From the NCBI GenBank assembly GCA_027488835.1, contig JAIYAW010000001.1:236254-300253 (forward strand): a DNA stretch of 64,000 bases, given 5' to 3'. Both the position numbers and the translations under genes were made by a program. Position 1 is the stretch's first letter; each line of letters opens with the position of its first letter. Source of the stretch: Bacteroidota bacterium (GTDB lineage Bacteria > Bacteroidota > Bacteroidia > NS11-12g > UBA955). The notes beneath the pieces were generated by a model. The model saw nothing but the letters and a program-made list of their open reading frames with translations. It did no database searches and had not been told where the DNA came from. Below are positions 9,692 to 18,905 of the stretch, piece by piece.

Positions 9692-10699
9692 TTAATTCAT
9701 TTTTTTAAGTGCCAATAGCGACATATCGCTATTCTCTTTAACAATGGTATTACTCAAGTGACCCAAGCCAGTAATGTCCATAGTAACAATGTCACCAGCT
9801 TGCAACCACTGGGGTTTAAAGTTTGGATCGTTTAATAATCCTGTTCCATTTAATTCAAGGAAACAACCTGTTCCCACAGTGCCTGAGCCAATAACGTCAC
9901 CAGGGAAAATATCTGCACCATAGGCACAACGCTCTATGATTTCAGCAAAGGTCCAATCCATATCGCCAACACTTCCACCACTCACTTGAATTCCATTGAC
10001 ATGGCAACTCATTTTAAGGTCGTAACTATTTCCAACATGTCCTGGTTTTGCAGGGATTTTAAACGATTCCAATTCATCTGGTGTAACCAACCAAGGACCA
10101 ATAACGGTGCTAAAATCTTTCCCTTTTGCAGGTCCAAGATTCAAAAGCATTTCTTCCATTTGCAAGGTTCTTGCACTCATGTCGTTCATAATCATGTATC
10201 CGGCAATGTATTGATCGGCATCTGCTGCCTTTACATTTCTACCTCTTTTGCCTAAGACAACCGCCACCTCTAATTCGAAATCTAACTTTTGAAAATGATC
10301 GGGCATACAAGATATTTCACCAGGTCCCATAATGGCGTTGTGGTTTGTGAAATAGAAAATCGGATATTGATCAAACTCAGCAATCATAGGAACGTTTCTA
10401 TTTCTACGCGCTGCAGCAACGTGCTGTCTAAAGGCATAACCATCGCGGCAACTGGTAGGATTTGGTACTGGGGCCAAAAGGTTTGAACCTTCGAGCGCAG
10501 TTGCCAGTGATTCGTGATTGCCAGATAAAATTTGTGTTTCTACTTCTTTTGCTTTTGCCATGTGTGCATCCCAATCTTTGAGAATGTCAGACATTTGAGA
10601 CGGAATGGTATTGTCAATTTTATTTACGGGGTAAATCTTTTCATTTACAATAATTCCAACTTCAGGAGTTTGTTGATTGATGTAGGTAACAAATTTCAT
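9692..10699 (-). CDS. Fumarylacetoacetate hydrolase (FAH) family protein
   Basis: FAH-fold motifs (ELEVAVVLGK, MIMNDMSAR). The start was refined to ATG at 10699 (MKFVTY...); the track start is upstream at 10783. Confidence 0.65.
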   Translation of the reverse strand: MKFVTYINQQTPEVGIIVNEKIYPVNKIDNTIPSQMSDILKDWDAHMAKAKEVETQILSGNHESLATALEGSNLLAPVPNPTSCRDGYAFRQHVAAARRNRNVPMIAEFDQYPIFYFTNHNAIMGPGEISCMPDHFQKLDFELEVAVVLGKRGRNVKAADADQYIAGYMIMNDMSARTLQMEEMLLNLGPAKGKDFSTVIGPWLVTPDELESFKIPAKPGHVGNSYDLKMSCHVNGIQVSGGSVGDMDWTFAEIIERCAYGADIFPGDVIGSGTVGTGCFLELNGTGLLNDPNFKPQWLQAGDIVTMDITGLGHLSNTIVKENSDMSLLALKKMN

Positions 10700-10791
10700 G
10701 GTGCAAAAATACGCAATCGTTTGAACTTTTGGGGGAAAACTCGATTTGCAGAATGAGAAATTCGATAAGACATTTGAAGACAATTATAAAA

Positions 10792-11703
10792 ATGGCGTCG
10801 CAAGTTGTATTGGTAACCGGAAGCAATGGCCTTTTAGGTCAAAAACTTACAGATTTATATCTTCAAAAATCTGATATTACATTGATTGCCACTGGCAGAG
10901 GTGCAAACCGATATCCCTCAAAAGAAGGATATGTTTACCAAGAAATGGACATTGAAAACAAGTCACAAGTTGCAGATGTATTGGCAATGTACAAACCAGA
11001 TGTTGTGATTCACACTGCGGCAATGACGCAAGTTGACGATTGCGAATTTGAGAAAGAATCTTGCGTTTCATTGAATATTGAAGCCGTAAAAACATTGGCG
11101 TTACTTTCAGCAGAAATGAAATTTCATTTGGTGCACTTAAGTACCGATTTCATTTTTGATGGAACCAAACCGATGTATACCGAAACCGATGAGGCAAACC
11201 CATTGTCGTATTACGGTTGGAGTAAATTGGAGGCCGAAAAAATGGTGACTGAAAATGCCAAAAGTTGGTCAATATTAAGAACTGTTTTGGTTTATGGTCA
11301 AGTTGCCGATATGAGCCGATCGAATATTATTTTATGGGCTTACAATACATTGAAAGACAAAAAAATAGCAAAGGTTGTTTTTGATCAGTTCAGAACCCCA
11401 ACATTGGCTGAAGATTTGGCTCAAGGTTGTTATTTGGCTGGTAGTCAGAAAGCAAAGGGAATTTATAATGTAGCTGGTGAGGATTACCTGAACATTTATG
11501 AATTGGTAGACAAGGTTGCGGGAATGTTTAATTTCTCAATGGAGAACATTGAAAAAGTGAGCAGCACAACATTAAATCAACCGGCCAAACGTCCACCAAT
11601 TACAGGTTTGGATATTTCAAAAGCGAGAAAAGAGTTGGGATATACACCACACAGTTTAACCGAGGGTATTCAAATTGTTCTGGGCGGCAGAAACGACTTA
11701 TAA
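10792..11703 (+). CDS. SDR-family NAD(P)-dependent oxidoreductase, RmlD (dTDP-4-dehydrorhamnose reductase)-like
   Basis: Rossmann VLVTGSNGLLG at the N-terminus (from ATG 10792) with the RmlD-like body downstream. Alternative starts are TTG 10729 and ATG 10753. Confidence 0.6.
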   Translation: MASQVVLVTGSNGLLGQKLTDLYLQKSDITLIATGRGANRYPSKEGYVYQEMDIENKSQVADVLAMYKPDVVIHTAAMTQVDDCEFEKESCVSLNIEAVKTLALLSAEMKFHLVHLSTDFIFDGTKPMYTETDEANPLSYYGWSKLEAEKMVTENAKSWSILRTVLVYGQVADMSRSNIILWAYNTLKDKKIAKVVFDQFRTPTLAEDLAQGCYLAGSQKAKGIYNVAGEDYLNIYELVDKVAGMFNFSMENIEKVSSTTLNQPAKRPPITGLDISKARKELGYTPHSLTEGIQIVLGGRNDL

Positions 11704-12375
11704 CAAATATTTGTGATGTTTTAAAGCTTCCCTCCGAGAAAGGGGCTTTAATTCATGGGTATTTACAAATGATACAACCCAATCTAGATCAGTTCTGGCA
11801 TATTGACGCAAAGCCCAACCAATGGCTTTTTGATGAAAAAACTCTTTTGATTTGGTATGCGGTAATATTGCACTTTCAAGCCAATTGGTTTGCGTGTTTT
11901 TTCCATACTTCAATTGACAAATGATGGCAGTACGGTTAATCCACATATTTTCACTTGCAATCCATTTTGTCATATAAGTTTCAAATAGCGCAGGGAATTT
12001 TTTGAAAAACTCACCCACAATTGTGGCCGCAAGAGCATCTACTGTGTCCCACCAACTTTTAGTAGCCACCAACCATTCAACAAAATCAATGTCTGATGCT
12101 AACCATAGTTTGCGGTATTTATAAAAGTGCTCCATTGCAACGTATTGAAATTCACGTTCACTGGAATTCCAAAGAAGCCTTGTCCAATCGATAAGTTCTT
12201 GATGATTTGCAGGTTTCCAAGCTTCGTTAAAAATAGCCAAAGCTTCTTTTCTATTGGGGGAAGGTACACCCATATAGGGAAAGAGGTTTTTCATATACTT
12301 TTCCATGCCTTCTCTTTTGGAGGAAACGGCATAAGAATGCAATAATTCTTCTAGCGCTTCGAATTGAGATTGCAT
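11698..12375 (-). CDS. DNA alkylation repair protein (AlkD-like HEAT-repeat glycosylase family)
   Basis: About 225 aa, helical and Trp-rich (WALRQY, WWDTVD), typical of the AlkC/AlkD family. Confidence 0.6.
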   Translation of the reverse strand: MQSQFEALEELLHSYAVSSKREGMEKYMKNLFPYMGVPSPNRKEALAIFNEAWKPANHQELIDWTRLLWNSSEREFQYVAMEHFYKYRKLWLASDIDFVEWLVATKSWWDTVDALAATIVGEFFKKFPALFETYMTKWIASENMWINRTAIICQLKYGKNTQTNWLESAILPHTKSKEFFHQKAIGWALRQYARTDLDWVVSFVNTHELKPLSRREALKHHKYLL

Positions 12376-12380
12376 GGGTA

Positions 12381-13097
12381 TTATTTATTTAGTACGGCCA
12401 GTATTTCTTCTTTGGTATGGAAATCTTGAAGTATGGTGGTACCTTTTGCCGTAATCACTTTCAAATACGGAATTCCAGTAACGCCAAGTGCTTTTACCAA
12501 TTTAGGATTCTCGTCGTAGTTAATTAAAACTACTTTCAATTTTCCTTTATACTCATTTTGTAATTCAGGAAGATAAGCCTTGATTTTTTTGCATGGCGCG
12601 CACCAAGGTGCATAAAAATCGACAAAAACTGCTGAGTCTTTTGCATTGATAAGTGCATTGAATTGTTCAACAGACATACCTCTTTCATTTGCACCTTCGG
12701 CGGTTATGGTTGGTTTGTTTTCACCCGACCATTTAGAAATTCCACCTAGCATGTTATTAACATTTGCAAATCCATTTTCGGAGATAATATTGGAAGCGTT
12801 TGCACTTCTTCCTCCCGAAAGACAATACACATAAATAGGTTGATCTTTATCAAGTTTGGCAATTTTTTGGTTAAAATCCGTTGAACGAACATCCAAATTA
12901 ATAGCGCCGTCAATGTGGCTATTTGCAAATTCTTCAGGCGTGCGAACATCTAATATTATTTTCTTGTCTGATTTTTTTATTGCTTCTACAAATTCATCGG
13001 TAGTTATGTTTTTAACTCCTTGTGCAGTTGTTGAATTACAAGATAAAAGGCTTAAAATGGATAATAGAAAGATTGTTGAATAATAACTAAGCTTCAT
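12381..13097 (-). CDS. Secreted rhodanese-domain / thioredoxin-domain fusion protein
   Basis: Signal peptide; a rhodanese active-site loop CLSGGRS; a thioredoxin WCAPC motif. It lies 5 nt upstream of the alkD-like gene on the same strand. Confidence 0.75.
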   Translation of the reverse strand: MKLSYYSTIFLLSILSLLSCNSTTAQGVKNITTDEFVEAIKKSDKKIILDVRTPEEFANSHIDGAINLDVRSTDFNQKIAKLDKDQPIYVYCLSGGRSANASNIISENGFANVNNMLGGISKWSGENKPTITAEGANERGMSVEQFNALINAKDSAVFVDFYAPWCAPCKKIKAYLPELQNEYKGKLKVVLINYDENPKLVKALGVTGIPYLKVITAKGTTILQDFHTKEEILAVLNK

Positions 13098-13164
13098 ATG
13101 AAACGAAGTTAGTAATTATTTTACATCTTCTTATCGAATATTCGACATTTTTTAGGTTGAGGCA

Positions 13165-13172
13165 TTATATTT
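13165..13172 (+). promoter_or_regulatory. -7 box TATATTTG, 16 nt upstream of the DUF4197 ATG (putative DUF4197–TBDR–DUF4249 operon promoter)
   Basis: GCATTATATTTGAAGTAATCGAATATATG matches TAnnTTTG. Confidence 0.35.
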
Positions 13173-13187
13173 GAAGTAATCGAATAT

Positions 13188-13964
13188 ATGAAAAAACTAG
13201 TTATTTTCTCTTTGGTAGCAAGCGTATTCTTTGCTGCTTGTGATGTTTTAAAAACTGCTGCAACTGATGTTGCAAATGAGGCATTAAGTAATGTAACGAA
13301 TGGCAAACCGGCTGTTCCATCATTAACTGGTGATGAAGCTGCAGGAGGATTAAAAGAAGCGTTGATTAATGGAGTAATCAACGGAACTGGAACATTGGGT
13401 AAAGTGGGTGCATTTGCCAATAATCCCTCATTAAAAATTTTATTACCTGCTGATGTTCAAAATATTGAAAAGAAAATTCGCGACAACTTTTTGTTGAATG
13501 CAGCTATTGGAAAAGAATTAGATAAAACCATCGACGCAATGAATGCGGGTGCCGAAAAATCAATGCAATTGGCAGTTCCGGTGTTTAAAAAGGCAATTAC
13601 GAATATGTCGTTTTCCGATGCTATGAAAATATTAACCGGTGGACAAGGTGCTGCAACAAGTTATTTGAAGAGTTCTTCACAAGCTGAACTTCAACAATTG
13701 TTCATGCCAGAAGTAAAAAAGGCACTTGACGAGGTTGCAGTTGCGAAAACCTGGAATCCTGTGGTAACCAAAATCAATCAAAACAAGAAATTATTGGGAT
13801 TATCTGCCGATATCCAACCTGATTTAAATTTATATGTAACTGAAAAAGCAACTGCTGCTTTATTTACTCAAATTGAATCTGAGGAAAATAAAATTAGAAA
13901 AGACCCTATTTCAAGAACTTCTGATTTATTGAAGAAGGCATTTGATTACGCTGATAAACACTAA
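13188..13964 (+). CDS. DUF4197 family lipoprotein
   Basis: Lipobox (FAAC) and a Gly/Ala-rich helical protein of about 258 aa. The family assignment is from recall only. Confidence 0.45.
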   Translation: MKKLVIFSLVASVFFAACDVLKTAATDVANEALSNVTNGKPAVPSLTGDEAAGGLKEALINGVINGTGTLGKVGAFANNPSLKILLPADVQNIEKKIRDNFLLNAAIGKELDKTIDAMNAGAEKSMQLAVPVFKKAITNMSFSDAMKILTGGQGAATSYLKSSSQAELQQLFMPEVKKALDEVAVAKTWNPVVTKINQNKKLLGLSADIQPDLNLYVTEKATAALFTQIESEENKIRKDPISRTSDLLKKAFDYADKH

Positions 13965-13982
13965 TACAAGCGTTTTTGCCTT

Positions 13983-16616
13983 ATGAAATTAAGGATTGTT
14001 TTGATCGTTTTGTTTGCACAATTTACTGTGCTTTTTGGTCAAACCAGTTCATTAAATTCACGGATTTCAATTTCTTATACTGGCAATGATTTTGAGAAAA
14101 TTTTAAAGATTTTCGAACAAAAAACAGATTGTTATTTCCAATATGATGCTTCATTAAAGCCGAAGAAAAAAAGGTTTGTAGTCAATTACCAGAATGAAGT
14201 TGCCAAAGTTGCATTAAGAGATTTTTTGCAGGGTTTGGGGTTGAATTTTATTTTATTAGGTGATAATTTTTTGGTACTTCAACAGTGGGAATCTCCAAAT
14301 GATGAACTTGTTATTTCAGGTAGGGTTTGGCACGCAGATTCAAAAGAAAGATTGGTAAATGCTATGATTTCGCTTGTAGGCAGAAATCAAAATACATTCA
14401 CAAATGATCAAGGTATATTTCAATTGAAAACACTAAGTGGTAAATTAATTTATGCTGTTTCTTATCCTGGATTTGAAACATTTTATGATACCATTGAAGA
14501 TGAAAAAAGAAATTATTTTATTGATATTCCATTGGTTCCTGATACTGCAGAAAGCATGGAAATTACACTTGTAACTTCTGATGGCAATAAAAATGGTCCA
14601 AAGGTTGTTTCTGGAAAATCTGATGAATTTAACATAAACCGGGCCCAACTAGATAAAATCCCTCATTTGATGGGTGAACCAGATATTTTAAGGGTGATGA
14701 GCTTAAATCCGGGTGTAGTTTCAGGCAGCGAAGGGGTTTTTGGGATGTATGTAAGGGGAGGTGCTTCTGATCAAAATTTGATATTGTTAGATGAAGTTCC
14801 TGTCTACAACGCCTATCATTTGTATGGAATGTTTGGTGTTTTTAATAGTGATGTTGTAAAAAATGCCAAGTTTTACAGGGGAGTTTTTCCGGCAGATAAG
14901 GGAGGACGATTGAGCAGTGTAATTGATGTAACTACCAAAGAAGGAAATGCCGAAAAATTTGGAGGATCTGTTTCTATTGGATTGTTATCGAGCCGATTGT
15001 CTTTGAATGGACCAATTTTCAAAAAGAAGACGTCCTTTTCAATGGCTTTTAGGAGAAGTTTGTTTGATTACTTGGTTCAACCACTATCGAGTTTGGTGCA
15101 ATTTCAAAATGGTAATTTTGCCAATCGATATTACTTTTATGATGTTAATTTTAAAATTACACACCGTTTTAGTGAGCGCAGTAGGTTATCCGCTTCCGGT
15201 TATTTGGGTATTGATTATGCGGGTTTACTAAATAGAAATACCACTTATAAAAATAATAACATTAGCCAAGATTTAAAATTAGATGATGTATCTTCTTGGG
15301 GTAATCAATTGGCAAGCATTAAATGGGATTATATGTTGACTCCGAGTGCGAACTTTTCTCTTAAATCCTACGTTACCAATTATATATATTCACATTCACA
15401 TTTGTACTCTAATCAGCAAACGGATTTATTCGGAAATCAAAAATTAGAAAAATCACTTTATGTAATTTCGAATGGATTGAGGGACATTGAATTCTCTGCA
15501 CATCTAAAAAAGCAGCTAACACATAAATTGGCTGCAAAAATTGGAATAGGTTATATTCTTCATACGTTTATTCCAAATAAAAGGGTAATATCATCTGAGA
15601 CAGACAGTGTAAAAACAGAAATTGTATACCAAGATAATTTGTTAACCACACCTGAAATATTTAGTTATTTGACATTAGAATATCACAATCCCAAATGGGG
15701 CTATTATGATTTCGGGATTAGAGGTGTTTATTATGGATTGGGTTACGGACAATATTATATTCTTCCGGAACCTCGAATTAGTATGCGATATTCCTTACCT
15801 GGTGAATTGTGGTTAAAAGTTGCCGCTTCACAAACCCGACAATTTTTCCATCAACTGAATAACTTGACTATGGGTTTGCCTTCTGATTTGTGGGTACCCT
15901 CAAATACAATTTTCAAACCTGCCAAAGCAACTCAAGGTTCAATTGGATTAACCAAAGAATTAGAAAATTTTCAACTGAGTTTGGAATTATTTCAAAAAGT
16001 TTTTGATGATATTCTTGAATATAATAACAATGCGGTTTATGTAACTTCGGGTCAGAATTGGGAAAATTCAGTATGTGCAGGAACAGGAATAACAAAAGGA
16101 ATAGAAGTATTGGTTGAAAAAACAAAAGGCAAACTCACTGGTTGGATTTCATATACTTGGATGACAAGTCTAAGGAAGTTTGATCAATTAAATCAGGGAA
16201 ATCCTTTCCCTTCTAGATATGACCGACGACATAATATTTATATGATGGCTTCTTATAAGATATCAAAACGAATCAATATCAGTGCTACTTGGGTATTCAA
16301 TTCCGGTTTTGCATATACAATGCCAATTGGTGTTTATCCTTCATCTACAAACAACGATCCTTACAGGGATATTTATATTTATGGTGACAGAAATAATAAT
16401 AGGGCAAAAGATAATCATAGATTAGATTTGTCCATGACTATTTCTTCAAAGAATGCTAAATATCCGCGTAATCTGTCGTTTGGCATTTACAATGTATACA
16501 ATAGACATAACCCATTTTTTTTGAATTTGGGTCTAGATTCAGAAGGTTCTCGAAAATTATATCAAGTGAGTTTATTACCAATTATGCCTTTCGCTAACTA
16601 TCAAATTTCATTCTAA
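13983..16616 (+). CDS. TonB-dependent receptor with an N-terminal STN (signalling) domain, carboxypeptidase-regulatory-like domain and plug
   Basis: STN-like segment (ISISYTGNDFEKILKIFEQKTDCYFQYD...FILLGDNFLVL); CarbopepD_reg-like segment (ISGRVWHADSKERLVNAMISL); TonB plug (DILRVMSLNPGV...GMYVRGG); a C-terminal barrel ending in F. Confidence 0.8.
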   Translation: MKLRIVLIVLFAQFTVLFGQTSSLNSRISISYTGNDFEKILKIFEQKTDCYFQYDASLKPKKKRFVVNYQNEVAKVALRDFLQGLGLNFILLGDNFLVLQQWESPNDELVISGRVWHADSKERLVNAMISLVGRNQNTFTNDQGIFQLKTLSGKLIYAVSYPGFETFYDTIEDEKRNYFIDIPLVPDTAESMEITLVTSDGNKNGPKVVSGKSDEFNINRAQLDKIPHLMGEPDILRVMSLNPGVVSGSEGVFGMYVRGGASDQNLILLDEVPVYNAYHLYGMFGVFNSDVVKNAKFYRGVFPADKGGRLSSVIDVTTKEGNAEKFGGSVSIGLLSSRLSLNGPIFKKKTSFSMAFRRSLFDYLVQPLSSLVQFQNGNFANRYYFYDVNFKITHRFSERSRLSASGYLGIDYAGLLNRNTTYKNNNISQDLKLDDVSSWGNQLASIKWDYMLTPSANFSLKSYVTNYIYSHSHLYSNQQTDLFGNQKLEKSLYVISNGLRDIEFSAHLKKQLTHKLAAKIGIGYILHTFIPNKRVISSETDSVKTEIVYQDNLLTTPEIFSYLTLEYHNPKWGYYDFGIRGVYYGLGYGQYYILPEPRISMRYSLPGELWLKVAASQTRQFFHQLNNLTMGLPSDLWVPSNTIFKPAKATQGSIGLTKELENFQLSLELFQKVFDDILEYNNNAVYVTSGQNWENSVCAGTGITKGIEVLVEKTKGKLTGWISYTWMTSLRKFDQLNQGNPFPSRYDRRHNIYMMASYKISKRINISATWVFNSGFAYTMPIGVYPSSTNNDPYRDIYIYGDRNNNRAKDNHRLDLSMTISSKNAKYPRNLSFGIYNVYNRHNPFFLNLGLDSEGSRKLYQVSLLPIMPFANYQISF

Positions 16617-17515
16617 TGTTTAAGTATCTGAAATATTGCTTTTTGTTTATCTGCCTACACAGCTGTATAGACGAAGTACCTATTAATCAGATCAGTGATA
16701 GTCCTAAATCTTTGGTCATACATAGTTTTATTCACCCGGATAGCTTTTTAAATACAACTGTTTCTGAGGTATCAGAAATTACGAGTGCATATAATTGGAT
16801 TAATGATGCCAATTTAACAATGCTTTCAAAATCAAAAGGATTATTTTCATTCATTAATAATGGCAATGGAAAATACGCTTTGAATCAGAATTTCTTACCC
16901 AATGATAGCTTGTTGTTTCAAATAAAACACTCACTACTTAATGATATCATATCAATTAAAATTCCCTCAAGAATTCACATCAAACGCTTAGACACTTTTA
17001 CAACATTGATTTCCAATGTAGGTAAAACAAAAGCATACCGCATTTATTTTAAGGATAGTGCCTATAATACAAATTACTACCGAATTTATGGGGTACGACA
17101 TTATAAAAAATACACCATTGATGCTGTTTTGGGAAAGGTTGATAGTTTTTTATATGAAGACAAATTGCCAATTGGAGGCACAGAAGTTTGTTTTTTAAGA
17201 AACAGTTACAACAACTACACAACCAAAGAGATTCTTTTTAGCGATGAAATTATCAATGGAACAGAATCAATGTTGGAATTTTACGAGACGTTGCCAAGGT
17301 CAGTGTCAAATTCTATCGCTTTGTATCAAATTGATATTTATTTGGAAAACATTGATGTCAATATATTCAACTTTTTGAATTCGAGAAATGCACATCTTTG
17401 GCAGCAAAGCTCAATTACCCAACTTCCGGCAAATGTGAAAGGGAATATTACAAATGGGTTTGGAGTTGTAGGCGGTTACACCAATGATGTGATTCGTATT
17501 AAACTCAAAAATTAA
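16616..17515 (+). CDS. DUF4249 family lipoprotein (TonB-dependent receptor partner)
   Basis: Lipoprotein signal (LHSC) and about 300 aa. The start overlaps the receptor stop (TAATG), the usual DUF4249 placement. Confidence 0.55.
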   Translation: MFKYLKYCFLFICLHSCIDEVPINQISDSPKSLVIHSFIHPDSFLNTTVSEVSEITSAYNWINDANLTMLSKSKGLFSFINNGNGKYALNQNFLPNDSLLFQIKHSLLNDIISIKIPSRIHIKRLDTFTTLISNVGKTKAYRIYFKDSAYNTNYYRIYGVRHYKKYTIDAVLGKVDSFLYEDKLPIGGTEVCFLRNSYNNYTTKEILFSDEIINGTESMLEFYETLPRSVSNSIALYQIDIYLENIDVNIFNFLNSRNAHLWQQSSITQLPANVKGNITNGFGVVGGYTNDVIRIKLKN

Positions 17516-18831
17516 AGGGCAATTTTCATTTCAACTTCTTCAATTTTAGCTCCAACCATCTTTTTAATGTGGAACTCAAATTGTTGATATCGAATTGTCT
17601 CTCCTGTACTTGGAATTTTCTCTGAGCAATAAATGATGAATCCGCCAAGGGTATTATATTCGCCTTCTGGAATATTGAAATCATACTTTTCGTTTAAATA
17701 ATCTATTTCTAAACGGGAGGAGAAATGATAGTGATTTTCACCAACCAAATGTTCGTTTGAATCTTCAGTATCGAATTCATCTTCAATTTCGCCAAAAATT
17801 TCTTCGACCACATCTTCAATCGTTGCAATACCCGCTGTCCCTCCAAATTCATCTACCACAATTGCCAAGCTTTTGCGATTTTGAATGAAGTTCCTGAGCA
17901 TATCGTGTGCTTCGAGACTCTCGTTTGCAATTAACGTGGGTCTTAATATATTTTCAATTTTTGAGGGATTATGAAATAGATCACTGTGATGTGCAAATCC
18001 AATTATATTATCAATCGTATCTTTAAAGATTAAGATCCTTGAAAGCGATGATTCAATGAATTTCTCTTTTAATTCTTCGATACTCGAATCAATATCAATT
18101 CCTACCAATTCAGTTCGAGGTACCATAAAATCTTTCACAACCACATCACTAAAATCAAGTGCATTTCTGAATGCCTCTGTATCTATTTCTTGTAATTCGG
18201 AGGAATTTGAATTTTCTATAGAAGAGATATAATTATCTAAATCGACTTTTGAAAAAACTGGAGTTTGTTCTGTGATTTGGGTTTTGGTAAAAATTTTAAG
18301 TAAAAAAGAAGATGCACCTTTGGTGAAGGCAATCAAAGGCCAAAGCATAAGATGCATCATTCTAAAGGGCAAAGCAAGCGCGAAAATGAGAGAATCTGCT
18401 TGCATTTTAAAAATAGTTTTAGGTATAAACTCAGCAGTTACCAAAACCAACATTGTGCTCACTAAAGTTACAATGACATATTTTAGAATATTTGAATGAA
18501 TGTAGGACGTTAAATAATATTCAAGAATATTGCCCATCGCAATACCATAAATAACTAAGCTTAAATTTGTTGCAACCAAAACGGTGCTAATAAATTCGCT
18601 AGGTTGTTTGATATATCTTGCCAAATGGTTTGCTCCAAAAACGTTTTGTTTGCTGCGTAATTCTATTCTGAGTTTATTGGCAGAAATGAAAGCAATTTCC
18701 ATTCCCGAGAAAAAAGCAATGGTTAAAAGGCAAATTAAAACAGTAATCCAACTTGAAAAAGTTGGGGCCTCTAACTGAGTTTGTAAAATTTGTACCGAGA
18801 GGGGGTCAGGCATATTTATTCGAATATACAT
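17512..18831 (-). CDS. CNNM/DUF21–CBS–CorC_HlyC hemolysin-family protein (GldE-like)
   Basis: N-terminal four-TM DUF21 region, tandem CBS region and C-terminal transporter-associated domain. The architecture matches gliding-motility GldE and CorC/TlyC proteins. Confidence 0.6.
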   Translation of the reverse strand: MYIRINMPDPLSVQILQTQLEAPTFSSWITVLICLLTIAFFSGMEIAFISANKLRIELRSKQNVFGANHLARYIKQPSEFISTVLVATNLSLVIYGIAMGNILEYYLTSYIHSNILKYVIVTLVSTMLVLVTAEFIPKTIFKMQADSLIFALALPFRMMHLMLWPLIAFTKGASSFLLKIFTKTQITEQTPVFSKVDLDNYISSIENSNSSELQEIDTEAFRNALDFSDVVVKDFMVPRTELVGIDIDSSIEELKEKFIESSLSRILIFKDTIDNIIGFAHHSDLFHNPSKIENILRPTLIANESLEAHDMLRNFIQNRKSLAIVVDEFGGTAGIATIEDVVEEIFGEIEDEFDTEDSNEHLVGENHYHFSSRLEIDYLNEKYDFNIPEGEYNTLGGFIIYCSEKIPSTGETIRYQQFEFHIKKMVGAKIEEVEMKIAL

Positions 18832-18892
18832 TAATTACACGATATTTAAATTAGATTTAGATGAATCTCAAAAAAAATGCGCTATTCTAAAT

Positions 18893-18900
18893 TAACTTTG
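18893..18900 (+). promoter_or_regulatory. Bacteroidetes-type -7 box TAACTTTG, 5 nt upstream of the purK ATG
   Basis: TAACTTTGCAGTAATG matches the TAnnTTTG consensus. The spacing implies a leaderless or near-leaderless mRNA. Confidence 0.4.
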
Positions 18901-18905
18901 CAGTA

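Noticed and set aside
17512-18831. Calling this gene gldE with a gene symbol
   Set aside because: CNNM–CBS–CorC proteins have several paralogues per Flavobacterial genome. The gldE partner gldD is not adjacent, so only a GldE-like family call is justified.
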